Assembly (NCBI GenBank): GCA_943371245.1
Contig: CALRTY020000007.1
Span: 46,977-110,976 of the forward strand
Length of the DNA: 64,000 bases
DNA from: Chitinophaga pinensis
Lineage (GTDB): Bacteria; Cyanobacteriota; Cyanobacteriia; PCC-6307; Cyanobiaceae
Direction of reading: 5' to 3'
Of the stretch, positions 42,402 through 51,600 are shown one piece after another (the first letter of the stretch is position 1; every line of letters starts with the position of its first letter). The translations under genes and the position numbers were made by a program. The notes beneath the pieces were generated by a model. It did not search any database. It saw nothing but the letters and a program-made list of their open reading frames with translations, and had not been told where the DNA came from.

Positions 42402-43694
42402 TCACATCTTGAACTTGCCAGCATCTGGACGATTCTGGGTCCAGTCACAGGTATAGCCCTTGGTTTCAGGCACAAACTGGTTCCAAGGGATCGGTGGTAC
42501 TGCCGTCTTGGAATCAGAAATGATCTTGAATTGGCCGTCGGCCTGGGCTTCGCCAATCATCACACGCTCAGAGGTGTGGTGGTTGGGGAACATCTTGATT
42601 TCGCCCTGGGGAGCAGCGAAGGTGATGCCGATCATGGCAGTACGCACCTTGTCAAGATCGTCAAAAGTGCCGGCCTTCTCAACGGCATTCTTCCAGAGAT
42701 ATACCATATTGTAGGCGGATTCAGCCGGGTCACCAGTCACCCGATCCGTGCCATAGGCGGCCTGGAAGTCAGCGGTGAACTTCTTGGAGGCCGGGGTGTC
42801 CAGGCTCATGAAGAAGTTCCAGGCAGCAAAAGTACCCTTGGTGTACTCGGGGCCGATCTGGCGAATTTCCTCCTCGGCGATTGAGAAGGACATGATCGGA
42901 TACTTGGACGGATCAATACCAGCGGCCTTGAACTGCTTGAACAGGGCGACGTTGGAGTCACCGTTCAAGGTGTTGATGATGATGCCACCATCAGGGAATG
43001 CCTTCTTGATTTTGGCGATGATCGGGGCCACCTCGGTATTGCCGAGGGGGATGTAGTCTTCGCCAACCGTTTCGCCGCCCAAGGCCTTCATTTGCTCCTT
43101 GATGATGGTATTCGCGGTACGCGGATACACATAGTCAGAGCCAACTAGGTAAACCTTCTTGCCATACTTAGGAGCGTACTCCTTCATTAGCCATTCCACC
43201 GCAGGCTCAGCCTGCTGGTTTGGAACAGCACCGGTGTAGAAGATGTTCTTGGAACACTCCTGACCCTCATATTGAATGGGGTAGAACAGGATGTGATTCT
43301 TTGACTCATAAACCGGCATCATTGCCTTGCGGCTGGCGGATGTCCAACCGCCAAACACGATGGCGACCTTGTCGGAGTCGATCAGCTTCTGGGATTTCTC
43401 GGCGAAGGTGGGCCAGTCAGAGGCGCCATCTTCGGAAATCGCAGTAATCTTGTAGCTTTTGCCAGCAACCTTTACGCCGCCGGCATCATTAATCTCTTTA
43501 ATCGCCATCTCTTCCACCTCCTTGAGGGTGGTTTCGGAGATGGCCATGGTGCCACTCAGAGAGTGGAGGATGCCAACTTTGATCTCCCCGTCAAAGTTGC
43601 CGCCGCCGCCACCGCCACCGCAGGCGACCAGGGAGAGACAAACTGTGGCTGCCGCTGCCCCCGAGGCAACACGTCTGGAAATACTGGGAATCAT
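42402..43694 (-). CDS. urtA: urea ABC transporter substrate-binding protein UrtA
   Basis: From ATG 43694: MIPSISRRVASGAAAATVCLSLVACGGGGGG (lipobox), then a type-I periplasmic binding fold (IKVGILHSLSGTMAISE). The track start at 43760 would lie inside the predicted promoter. Confidence 0.9.
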   Translation of the reverse strand: MIPSISRRVASGAAAATVCLSLVACGGGGGGGNFDGEIKVGILHSLSGTMAISETTLKEVEEMAIKEINDAGGVKVAGKSYKITAISEDGASDWPTFAEKSQKLIDSDKVAIVFGGWTSASRKAMMPVYESKNHILFYPIQYEGQECSKNIFYTGAVPNQQAEPAVEWLMKEYAPKYGKKVYLVGSDYVYPRTANTIIKEQMKALGGETVGEDYIPLGNTEVAPIIAKIKKAFPDGGIIINTLNGDSNVALFKQFKAAGIDPSKYPIMSFSIAEEEIRQIGPEYTKGTFAAWNFFMSLDTPASKKFTADFQAAYGTDRVTGDPAESAYNMVYLWKNAVEKAGTFDDLDKVRTAMIGITFAAPQGEIKMFPNHHTSERVMIGEAQADGQFKIISDSKTAVPPIPWNQFVPETKGYTCDWTQNRPDAGKFKM

Positions 43695-43743
43695 GTTCGA
43701 CGTTTTCAAGAGGAAAATGTGCCGAAGGACGAACGGCCACTGG

Positions 43744-43785
43744 AAGTTACGGATCACCACCCGGCGAGTGTGTATTGGTTGCTAC
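43744..43785 (-). promoter_or_regulatory. canonical NtcA-activated promoter of urtA (GTA-N8-TAC, 22 nt, TAN3T)
   Basis: GTATTGGTTGCTAC at 43772-43785. Exactly 22 nt downstream on the minus strand is TAACTT (43749-43744), ~50 nt upstream of the urtA ATG. Confidence 0.7.
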
Positions 43786-43861
43786 AGAAGCGGGCAGCAG
43801 GTCGGCTAACGCACAACAACAGTGGCTTTACAGGCGGTGAAAGTCTGGTCCCAACCTCATG

Positions 43862-44060
43862 CCAAACCCTCTGCCAACCTGCTGCCTAAACCTCTGAAAC
43901 GTCTTTTGCCAAGGGTTTTGGCAAGACTTTTGCAAGTGCTTTATCAAGTCTTTTGCCAAGGCTTTTCCAAATCATCTGGCGAATCGCTTTGGCAACCAGT
44001 TGCACAACCCCCTTGCCCCTGGCGAACCCTCGAGGGCCCCTGGCGAATCTCCCGAGGGCC
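43862..44060. repeat. repeat-rich spacer between ureG and the urtA promoter
   Basis: GTCTTTTGCCAAGG occurs at 43901 and 43948, with its near-complement GTTTTGGCAAGAC at 43915. Tandem CCTGGCGAAyC(T)CyCGAGGGCC x2 at 44018-44060. Confidence 0.8.
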
Positions 44061-44072
44061 ATTGGTAAACCG

Positions 44073-44672
44073 TTAACCTGGTAATTGTTGCAACAGAAAA
44101 TTTTCCACCGCCTCTACCCCCTGGCCGCTGCGGATGTTGGTGAAGCACCAGGGCCGGCCGCCCCGCATGCGCTCGGTGTCGGCCTGCATCACTGCCAGGC
44201 TGGCGCCCACCATCGGCGCCAGATCGATTTTGTTGATTACCAGAAAGTCTGAGCGGGTGATCCCGGGTCCCCCCTTGCGCGGGATTTTGTCCCCCGCCGC
44301 CACGTCGATCACGTAGATGCACAGGTCTACCAGTTCTGGGCTGAAGCTGGCCGCCAGGTTGTCGCCGCCGCTCTCCACCAGCACCAGATCCAGCTGGGGG
44401 AAGGCCTGTTCCAGCTCCTGCACCGCCGCCCGGTTGATCGAGCAGTCCTCGCGAATGGCGGTGTGGGGACAGCCACCGGTTTCCACGCCGCGAATCCGCT
44501 CCGGCTGCAGCGCCCCGGCCCGGGTGAGGAATTGGGCATCCTCCTGGGTGTAGATGTCATTGGTAACCACGGCCAGCTCCAGGCGATCCCGCAGCCGCAG
44601 GCAGAGGGCCTCCACCAGGGCGGTCTTGCCGGAACCCACCGGTCCGGCCACCCCCACCCGCAACTTGCTCAT
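44073..44672 (-). CDS. ureG: urease accessory GTPase UreG
   Basis: From ATG 44672: [19 protein letters not shown] (P-loop), [20 protein letters not shown]. Confidence 0.92.
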   Translation of the reverse strand: MSKLRVGVAGPVGSGKTALVEALCLRLRDRLELAVVTNDIYTQEDAQFLTRAGALQPERIRGVETGGCPHTAIREDCSINRAAVQELEQAFPQLDLVLVESGGDNLAASFSPELVDLCIYVIDVAAGDKIPRKGGPGITRSDFLVINKIDLAPMVGASLAVMQADTERMRGGRPWCFTNIRSGQGVEAVENFLLQQLPG

Positions 44673-44743
44673 CCAGCGGTGCAGCGCAGTGCTGCCATCC
44701 TGCCCACCAGCGGGCAAAGTTGGGTTTCGCCACCGGCTTTTAC

Positions 44744-44810
44744 CAAAAACCGCTGTTGGCCAAAACGGCTGTTACTCAAAACCGCTGCAGCCCAAAATCA
44801 GCTGCGGAAC
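44744..44810. repeat. 4 x ~17-bp degenerate tandem repeat (CAAAACCGCTGnnnnnC) in the ureF-ureG spacer
   Basis: Read directly. The last unit overlaps the ureF stop codon. Confidence 0.8.
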
Positions 44811-45817
44811 AAGCGGGAATAGAGCTCAGCCTGGCCCAGTTGAGCCAATCCAGCGCCTACGCCACCACTCCACAGCTGCTCCGGCTCGCTGCCCAACAGC
44901 TGGGCGGCCTGCTCGGCCAGCAACGGGGCGAGCTGCAGCTGCAGGCGTTGGGCCTGGGTGGGGCCCAGGGGGACCAGGCGCAGGGCGGCGCTGAGCTGGT
45001 TGGCCACCCAGCCGTAGAGATAGGCCTCCACCAATTCAAGCGGCGCAATCTGGAGACACAGGCCAGCCCAGGCAAAGGCCGCCGGCCAGGCCAGCGGGGT
45101 GGCCTGCGGCAGGGGCCAGCCCAGGTCGGCCAGCAACTGCAGCAAAGAGCCCCCCATCTGGCGCTGCTGGGCCCGCAGTTCGGGGGCGTCCCGCTGGGCC
45201 AGCAGCCAGCCGTCGCGATCCAGCAGGGCTTCCCGGGCCGCAGCAGCCCCAGTGGGCGTCGCGGCAAAGGGCGCAGCCACAGGTGCAACTCCTGAGATAT
45301 CCTTAATCTGAGCAATAAACTTAAATCCAGTATCAGCTACCTGCCCAGCATCGGCCATATGCCCAGTAACAGCCATTTGCTCAACTGGGGCCAAACGCCC
45401 GCCAGCATTTACTGGAGGCTCCGCTATATTCCCACGCTCAGCAACGGCTGATTTACCCGCATCGGCTAATTGCCCCACATCGGCAAATGTATCTACCTCA
45501 GCCAACTTCTCTGCTTCTGCCAGTTTCTCGGCGACGGCCATTTTCTCTGCGACGGCCAATTGTTGCCACTGGCGCAATTGCAAGGTCAAGCCCGGCAGGG
45601 CCGCCGCCTCCAGCCGCACCGCACCCCGCCGTAACTCGGCCTCCAGCCAATTTTGCACCGCGCCGACATCGGCCAGCCGTCCGGACTGCGCCAGCACCTC
45701 CAGGCCCTCGGCATAGCTAAACGCCCCCACGGGCAAGGCTGGACTGACCAGCTGATACAGCCTTAGCCGTGCCGCAGCAGCCCTGGCCGGATCAGCGGTT
45801 TCGGTTTCAGGTGTCAT
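44798..45817 (-). CDS. ureF: urease accessory protein UreF carrying a ~100-aa in-frame insertion
   Basis: LYQLVSPALPVGAFSYAEGLE at the N-terminus, and the C-terminal half RAQQRQMGGSLLQLL...LYGWVANQLSAALRLVPLGPTQAQ. Start taken as ATG 45817 (track 45895). Length greatly exceeds typical UreF. Confidence 0.75.
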   Translation of the reverse strand: MTPETETADPARAAAARLRLYQLVSPALPVGAFSYAEGLEVLAQSGRLADVGAVQNWLEAELRRGAVRLEAAALPGLTLQLRQWQQLAVAEKMAVAEKLAEAEKLAEVDTFADVGQLADAGKSAVAERGNIAEPPVNAGGRLAPVEQMAVTGHMADAGQVADTGFKFIAQIKDISGVAPVAAPFAATPTGAAAAREALLDRDGWLLAQRDAPELRAQQRQMGGSLLQLLADLGWPLPQATPLAWPAAFAWAGLCLQIAPLELVEAYLYGWVANQLSAALRLVPLGPTQAQRLQLQLAPLLAEQAAQLLGSEPEQLWSGGVGAGLAQLGQAELYSRLFRS

Positions 45818-46014
45818 TGGCCTTAGCAGTGGCTGGGCTGGACGGTTCACGGGCACTAAATGGCTGTCTGGCATTAACTGGTTGGCTGGCCACAAACGCT
45901 TCTCTGACAGGAGTTAGCTGGCAGAAGTTCATTGGCAGAAGTTCATTGGCAGGCTGGTGATCGCCAGTAAGTTAACGATCGCTGCCCCTTAACTGACTAC
46001 TCTCAAACCTGGGG

Positions 46015-46094
46015 GCTGTGGCCAAGCCGGTGGGCGAGGCAGGCATCCGCCAATTCAGCCGGCGCAATCTGCAGACATAGGCCAGCCCAGGCAA
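46015..46094 (-). pseudogene. relic copy of a ureF internal segment in the ureE-ureF spacer
   Basis: 46041-46094 matches ureF 45022-45075 with about 6 mismatches in ~54 nt. In frame it reads AWAGLCLQIAPAELADACL versus ureF AWAGLCLQIAPLELVEAYL. Confidence 0.5.
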
Positions 46095-46320
46095 CCGAGG
46101 TGGGTGCCTTTTATTGGATAGTCTGGGCACTGATTTAGCAGAGGGCGCTGATTGGCAGAAGCCACTGTTTGACAGAGGGAACTGATTCGCAAAAGCGACT
46201 GATCGCCTAAATGCATTTATTGGCAAAAGGCACTGATCGGTAAAAGCGCTGATTAACTAAAGGGTCTGATCAGCAGGATCACCGATCGCCATGCTGATCT
46301 CTGCAATGACTATGACCGCC

Positions 46321-46995
46321 TTACCCATCATTGGCATGGCTATTAATGGCATGGCTATGGCCGGCGTGCTGATGGTCTCCATGCTGATGGTCTCCATGGT
46401 GATGCTCGGTGTGCCCATGGCTGGCCGGCTGATCACTGACCGGTTGATCACTTGCGGGGTGATCACTGGTGGATTTATCGCTGCCAGGGGAGTGGGAGTG
46501 GGAGTGGGAGTGGGAGTGGGAGTGGCCGTAAGCCCCGCCCTCGGGATAAAAGGGCGCCACCATGGCCTCCACCGCCAGACCCCGGTGCTCCAACATTTGC
46601 GCCAATACCGAATCCCGCAACAGCCGCAACTCGTTGGTGTGGATCTCCATCGCCACGTGGCGATTGCCCAGGTGATAGGCCGCCTGCAGCAGGGCCAGGG
46701 GGCGGTGGGCCCGCACCCGCAGCAGCGCCTCCGGAGCGGCCTCCACCTGCACCAGTTGCTCCCCCTCGGCCGGAGCCAGCAGCTCGCCGGGCACCAGGGC
46801 CTCCCCCCGGGGCAACTGCAGCAGCAGCGCCCGGCCGCAGCTGCTATGGCGCAGGCCCCGCAGTCCCGTGCGCTCCTCCGCCCCCAGGGCCAGCCGCAGC
46901 GCTCCCGCCACGGGCTCGCTCAGCGGCAGGCGCCGACAGAGCAGCAGCGGGTTGGAGTTGGTGGCTTGCGGGCTAGCTGCGTAGGACATGGGCAA
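46321..46995 (-). CDS. ureE: urease accessory metallochaperone UreE with long His-rich tail
   Basis: LALLQAAYHLGNRHVAMEI core. The tail GHSHSHSHSHSHS...HGHTEHHHGDHQHGDHQHAGHSH is partly encoded by a (GGAGTG)6 microsatellite at 46489-46524. Confidence 0.8.
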   Translation of the reverse strand: MPMSYAASPQATNSNPLLLCRRLPLSEPVAGALRLALGAEERTGLRGLRHSSCGRALLLQLPRGEALVPGELLAPAEGEQLVQVEAAPEALLRVRAHRPLALLQAAYHLGNRHVAMEIHTNELRLLRDSVLAQMLEHRGLAVEAMVAPFYPEGGAYGHSHSHSHSHSHSPGSDKSTSDHPASDQPVSDQPASHGHTEHHHGDHQHGDHQHAGHSHAINSHANDG

Positions 46996-47006
46996 CAGGT
47001 GCTGTC

Positions 47007-48041
47007 ATGAGTATCCCCAGCCCCAGCCTCCCAGTGGATACCCAGCTCGCAACAGGGATAGCCGCCCCTGACGACCCCGGGCGGGGGGAATGGCAGGGCG
47101 GCTGGCATGGGGCCGTGCGGCTGCGATTCCAGCAGGGGTCGCAGGGCCACACCATCCACCAGGGATCGGCCCTGGCGCCGATGAAGCTGCCCCGGGCGAT
47201 TCAGCAGGGCGATGGACGCTGCGAACTGCCGCTGTTGCATACCGCCGGCGGCCTGGTGGGGGGCGATCAGATCACCATTGCGGCCGAACTGGCGGCCGGC
47301 AGTGCCGCCCTGCTCACCAGCGTGGCGGCCCAGAAGGTGTATGGCAGCGTGGGACGCTCGCGGCTGAGGCCCGCCGGCGCCTGGGCCCGCCAACAGCTCA
47401 ACTTTGAGTTGCTTGCCGGAGCCGACCTGGAGTGGCTGCCCCAGGAGCTGGTGCTGTTCTCCAACGGCCTGGTGGAGCAGCGCTGCCGGGTGGAACTGGC
47501 CGAGACGGCCTCCTTTCTGGGGGCGGAAGTGGTGCGGCTGGGCCGCAGCGCCGCCGGGGAGGCACTAGATGCCGGCCGCTGGCGCTCCCAATTGGAGATT
47601 CGCCGCCAGCTCAGCCAGGGTTGGCGCTGGGAGCTGGTGGACCGACTGGAATTGGCCGGCGATGCCCTGGCAAACGAACACGGCATGGCCGGGGAGGCTG
47701 TGCATGGCTCCCTGGTGTGGGCAGCGCCCAGCCCCTTGGCCGGCCCAACCCTGACCCAACTGCTGGCCGATTGCCGCAGCGACCGGCTGGGGTTGGCGGG
47801 CACCATGGCCTGTGGTCCCCTGGAACAGGGGCTGGTGGCCCGCTATCGGGGCCCCTCGTCCCAGGCGGCGCGCCACTGGTTCACGCGCATCTGGGCGCGC
47901 ATCCGGGCGGTGCGGGGGCTGGCCGCACCGCAACTGCCGCGGGTGTGGCCATTCCAGGAAACGCCCCTCTCAAAAACGCCCCTCTCATTGGCCGAGCAGC
48001 GCCAAACCGCCTGCGCCCAGGCTGGATTCGCGGCGCCATGA
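47007..48041 (+). CDS. ureD: urease accessory protein UreD
   Basis: LPLLHTAGGLVGGDQITI motif. Divergent from ureE with only 11 bp between the annotated starts. Confidence 0.8.
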   Translation: MSIPSPSLPVDTQLATGIAAPDDPGRGEWQGGWHGAVRLRFQQGSQGHTIHQGSALAPMKLPRAIQQGDGRCELPLLHTAGGLVGGDQITIAAELAAGSAALLTSVAAQKVYGSVGRSRLRPAGAWARQQLNFELLAGADLEWLPQELVLFSNGLVEQRCRVELAETASFLGAEVVRLGRSAAGEALDAGRWRSQLEIRRQLSQGWRWELVDRLELAGDALANEHGMAGEAVHGSLVWAAPSPLAGPTLTQLLADCRSDRLGLAGTMACGPLEQGLVARYRGPSSQAARHWFTRIWARIRAVRGLAAPQLPRVWPFQETPLSKTPLSLAEQRQTACAQAGFAAP

Positions 48042-48949
48042 GCGCGCCGCTGCTGCGGCTGCTGCTGGAGGTGCTGCCCTGCCTGCTGCTGGGGGTGTTG
48101 CTGGAGTGGCGCTGGCCGAAACTGTCGCGTCAACTGTCTCCGCCCCTGATCCGCTACGGCGTTCCCCTGAGCGTTTTGGGGATGCTGCTGCGTTCAGGGC
48201 TGGAGCGCTCGATGCTCTGGGCCGGCTTGCTGGCCCTGGTGGGCATCGGCGCTGGCTTGGCGCTGCTGCGCTGGCTGCCAGGCCTGCGGCAGCTGCTGCC
48301 GCTACCGGCCCTGCGGTTGGGGGCGGTGGCGGGCAACACCGCCTACTTCGGCTTCCCGGTGGTGATGGCCCTGCTGCCGCCGGCCGCGATGGGCACGGCG
48401 GTGGCCTACGACCTGGCGGCGACACTGCTGATCTGGGGCCTGGGGCCGGCCCTGTTGACCGGCGAGCGCCTGCAGGGGCGGCCCCTGCTCCGCGCCCTGG
48501 CCCATAGCCCCGCCTGTCGGGCCCTGCTGTTGGCTTTGCTGGTGGGGCTCACCCCCTGGAGCCAGCAATTGGGGGCGCTGCTAATGGTGCCAGCGCGGCT
48601 GGTGCTGCTGTTGGCGCTAACGATCCTGGGCATCCATCTGGGCCCGTTGCTGCGCCAACCGCCAGGCGAGCGGCTCAACCCCTGGCGCCTATGGCCGGCC
48701 TTGACGATCAAGCTGCTGCTATTTCCAGCGGCGATGTTGGCGCTCAGCCTGCTCACCCCCCTGCCCCCCCTGGCCCGTCAGGCGGTGGTGCTGCAGGCCG
48801 CCGCACCCACGGCCTTGGCGGTACTGCTGCTGAGCGAGGCCAGCCCCGCCAGCAACGACGGCTCCAGCGCCAGGGCGGCGACCCTGGTGCTGTGGAGCAC
48901 GGCCATCGCCCTGGGGAGCGTTCCCCTATGGCGTCTGCTGTTGGGTTGA
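48038..48949 (+). CDS. AEC-family (auxin efflux carrier-like) membrane transporter
   Basis: From ATG 48038 (ATGA overlap with the ureD stop): multi-TM protein with GNTAYFGFPV, characteristic of the Mem_trans/AEC family. Confidence 0.7.
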   Translation: MSAPLLRLLLEVLPCLLLGVLLEWRWPKLSRQLSPPLIRYGVPLSVLGMLLRSGLERSMLWAGLLALVGIGAGLALLRWLPGLRQLLPLPALRLGAVAGNTAYFGFPVVMALLPPAAMGTAVAYDLAATLLIWGLGPALLTGERLQGRPLLRALAHSPACRALLLALLVGLTPWSQQLGALLMVPARLVLLLALTILGIHLGPLLRQPPGERLNPWRLWPALTIKLLLFPAAMLALSLLTPLPPLARQAVVLQAAAPTALAVLLLSEASPASNDGSSARAATLVLWSTAIALGSVPLWRLLLG

Positions 48950-48979
48950 GCCAGGCAATTGGCCCAGCCAATTACAGAG

Positions 48980-49264
48980 CTAGGGCTGAATTGAGGCCAG
49001 GGCGCGGCGGCTCTGGGCCAACACCGGTGCCGGCAAGGCCAGGAAGCCGAGGGCCTGGGCCATTTCCTAGGCCCAGGTGAGGGCGGCGGCCTGCAGGGGC
49101 TGCTTCACATAGGCGGCCTCCGCATAGCCGATGGCGCCGCGCAGCTGGGTGCGTTGAGCCGCCACGCCCTCGTTGCCCTTAGCGCCGCTGCCGTTGGGCC
49201 ATTTAACGTTTTTACCCACTCCCAAGCCGCTGCTAGCGATCAGGAACCCAGCAGGGCGGTGCAC
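48980..49264 (-). pseudogene. remnant of a PstS-family phosphate-binding protein gene
   Basis: Reads ...GKNVKWPNGSGAKGNEGVAAQRTQLRGAIGYAEAAYVKQ...TWA*EMAQALGFLALPAPVLAQSRRALASIQP*, compare E. coli PstS [36 protein letters not shown]. In-frame TAG; the N-terminal two thirds and an internal block are missing. Confidence 0.55.
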
Positions 49265-50646
49265 TCCAGCCGCTCCTGGCTGGCATCGCGGCGTTGCAGG
49301 CGTAGGCGGATGATTTCGGCCAGATAGGCGGCATCGTCACCGACGCCGCAGAAGCGGGCCGATCCCCAGGTTTGCAGCCAGGGCAGGCCAATGAAATAGA
49401 GGCCGCTGCTGGGGGTGACGCCTCGCTCATGGCTGGGGTAGCCGGCACCATCGAACACGGGCACGTCAATCCAACTGAAATCGGCGCCGTAACCGGTACA
49501 CCAGATCACCGCCGCCAGGGGCTCATCGGTTAAATCCAAGCTGCAGGGATGGCCGGGCATGGGCTGCCAGCAGGGTTGATAGGCGGGCTGCTCTGGCGCC
49601 TCGATCGACTCGCGGGCGATATAGGCATCGATGCTGGAACAGATGCGGCTGTAGACGGCATCGGCCTGGTCGAGATTGGCGGCTAGATCGTTGGCGAAGC
49701 GAATCTCGCCAGGCGCCAGTTGCTGCAGGCGGCCATAGAGTTGCATGCCCTCGATGGCGCGGCGACGCAGATCGATCTCGCGGCCGCCATCGCGCCCGGT
49801 GAGGTAGTGGTTGGTTTTGGCGCGCACCAGCTTGGGATCGGCGTGCTGGTGGATCGGCATTGAGTAATAGCCCATCCGATCCAGCCAATCCACCACATCC
49901 CGGCCGCGATAGCGCCGGGGTGAGCGGGGCGCCGAGCCGACGCTGAGGTGAACGCGGCGGCCGGCCAGAAATAGATCTTCCGCGATCTGACAGCCCGACT
50001 GGCCACTGCCCACCACCAGCACCGGCCCGGGCGGCAGCCGCTCTGGATTGCGATAGTCGCGGGCGTCGAGCTGCAACACCCCGGCCGGCAACCGTTCGGC
50101 TTGGCCATGGCGCCGGGGCCGGTGGTAGCCGCCGGTGGCTACCACCACCTGGCTGGCTTCCAGTTCCCCTTCTGAGGTGAGCAGCCGATAGCCCTGGCCC
50201 TGCCGCTGCAGGCTCAAAACACTCACCCCTTCCCGCACATCGGCCTGGATCCGGGCCGCGAAACGGCGCAGGTAGGCGACGATCTGCTCCCGGCCCATGA
50301 AACCCTCGGGATCGTCGCCGTCGTAGGCGAAATCGGGCAGGCGGCACTGCCAATTGGGAGTTACCAGGCAGAAGGAATCCCAGCGCTGCTGCTCCCAGGC
50401 GTAGCCAATCCGGTGGCGCTCCAGCACTAGCGGTCTGATGCCGCGCCGCTGCAGGCAGCTGGCCAACGAAAGTCCGGCTTGGCCGCCCCCCACGATCACC
50501 ACCGACTGGCGGCGGGCCTGCCGGCCAGCAGCAGCGGCGGCACTGGCCAGGGAACTATCCAAGGAATCGACCAAGGATCCGTCTGGGGAACCATCCCAGG
50601 AACCGCCCAGAGAACCGCCCGGTGAACCGCCTAGGGAAGGATCCAA
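49240..50646 (-). CDS. flavin-dependent monooxygenase/oxidoreductase, MSMEG_0569-like (Nit1C cluster member)
   Basis: Two dinucleotide-binding motifs VVIVGGGQAGLSLA and VVGSGQSGCQIAEDL. Track start is TTG, and the first ~30 codons are a tandem repeat (GGSPGGSLGGSWDGSPDGSL), so the true start is uncertain. Confidence 0.8.
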   Translation of the reverse strand: MDPSLGGSPGGSLGGSWDGSPDGSLVDSLDSSLASAAAAAGRQARRQSVVIVGGGQAGLSLASCLQRRGIRPLVLERHRIGYAWEQQRWDSFCLVTPNWQCRLPDFAYDGDDPEGFMGREQIVAYLRRFAARIQADVREGVSVLSLQRQGQGYRLLTSEGELEASQVVVATGGYHRPRRHGQAERLPAGVLQLDARDYRNPERLPPGPVLVVGSGQSGCQIAEDLFLAGRRVHLSVGSAPRSPRRYRGRDVVDWLDRMGYYSMPIHQHADPKLVRAKTNHYLTGRDGGREIDLRRRAIEGMQLYGRLQQLAPGEIRFANDLAANLDQADAVYSRICSSIDAYIARESIEAPEQPAYQPCWQPMPGHPCSLDLTDEPLAAVIWCTGYGADFSWIDVPVFDGAGYPSHERGVTPSSGLYFIGLPWLQTWGSARFCGVGDDAAYLAEIIRLRLQRRDASQERLECTALLGS

Positions 50647-50835
50647 GGGATAAGCCGCTAATTAGAAGGCAAGTCTCAGCGCCATTGATCATCCATTTGG
50701 TAGCGATAGTCACCATGTCAGCCAGCGGCAGGCCAGCCAAGGGGCGCGCCGGTCTTGGTGGTAACAACGGCGACATTCCGACCATAAAAGCCATGCAAAC
50801 TTCAGCTCGCTGTTTCTGTTTCAGGCCCGGCTTCG

Positions 50836-51318
50836 ATGCCTCAAGTCACGCGTCCCGCCAACCAGCCGGGAGATTTTTTGGTTGACTACGAGGAGAAAGT
50901 ATTTCCAGATATCAAAGCTGAGCCAGGCGAGAAAGCCCTGGTAACTTTTCACACCGTGGCCTTCGAAGGTTCGATCGGCCTGGTGAACCTATTGCAGGCC
51001 AGTCGGCTGATCAACAAGGGATTTGAAACCTCGATTTTGCTCTACGGTCCTGGCGTGACCCTGGGGGTACAGCGGGGTTTCCCAAAACTGGGCGATGCCG
51101 CCTTTGACGGCCATCTCAATTTTAATGCCCGCATCCAGAAGTTCATGGATCAAGGGGGGAAAGTGTATGCCTGTCGCTTTGCACTTCAGGCCCTCTACGG
51201 CCACGGGGAAGGGGCGCTAATCCCTGGCATTACACCAATTAATCCCCTGGATGTAATGGATCTAATTTTGATGCATCGCAAGGAGGGCTCCTTCATCCTC
51301 GACACCTGGACCCTTTGA
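50836..51318 (+). CDS. Sll0783/MSMEG_0572-like nitrogen-starvation-response protein (DsrE-like fold)
   Basis: 160 aa with [20 protein letters not shown]...LLYGPGV...[11 protein letters not shown]. Position upstream of the Nit1C nitrilase. Confidence 0.7.
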   Translation: MPQVTRPANQPGDFLVDYEEKVFPDIKAEPGEKALVTFHTVAFEGSIGLVNLLQASRLINKGFETSILLYGPGVTLGVQRGFPKLGDAAFDGHLNFNARIQKFMDQGGKVYACRFALQALYGHGEGALIPGITPINPLDVMDLILMHRKEGSFILDTWTL

Positions 51319-51321
51319 GTT

Positions 51322-51600
51322 AATGCCATTTGGCATAGCTCTATTTGCCAGGGCTTCATTTGACATGGTTTCATTTGGCAAGGCCCTATTTGCCTTGAGG
51401 GCATTTAAATTGAATGTATTTGACTTGAAACTATTTATCTTGGAGTGATTTAATTTGAGAGTTTTTGAGATCCCATTATTTACATCGAGGTGAATTTATC
51501 TAAATCGATTTGATCGAGGATGATTTGGCCAGAGGAGATTGGTTGTGGCACTGGTTGAGTTGGTGGAGTTCGGCGTGGAGGTCGCTGATTGGGATTGCTT
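51322..51600. repeat. ~18 units of a ~15-16-bp degenerate tandem array (core yATTTGnC)
   Basis: Read directly: GCCATTTGGCATAGCT CTATTTGCCAGGGCTT CATTTGACATGGTT TCATTTGGCAAGGCC CTATTTGCCTTGAGGG ... Confidence 0.85.

Noticed and set aside
45972-46226. 84-aa minus-strand ORF in the ureE-ureF spacer
   Set aside because: It reads the ureF-relic segment in the wrong frame and otherwise covers tandem-repeat DNA.
50700-50774. Two NtcA-like boxes (GTA-N8-CAC, GTA-N8-GAC) in the divergent Nit1C promoter region
   Set aside because: Both deviate from GTA-N8-TAC and lack a properly spaced TAN3T. They are mentioned in the Nit1C finding but not listed as features.
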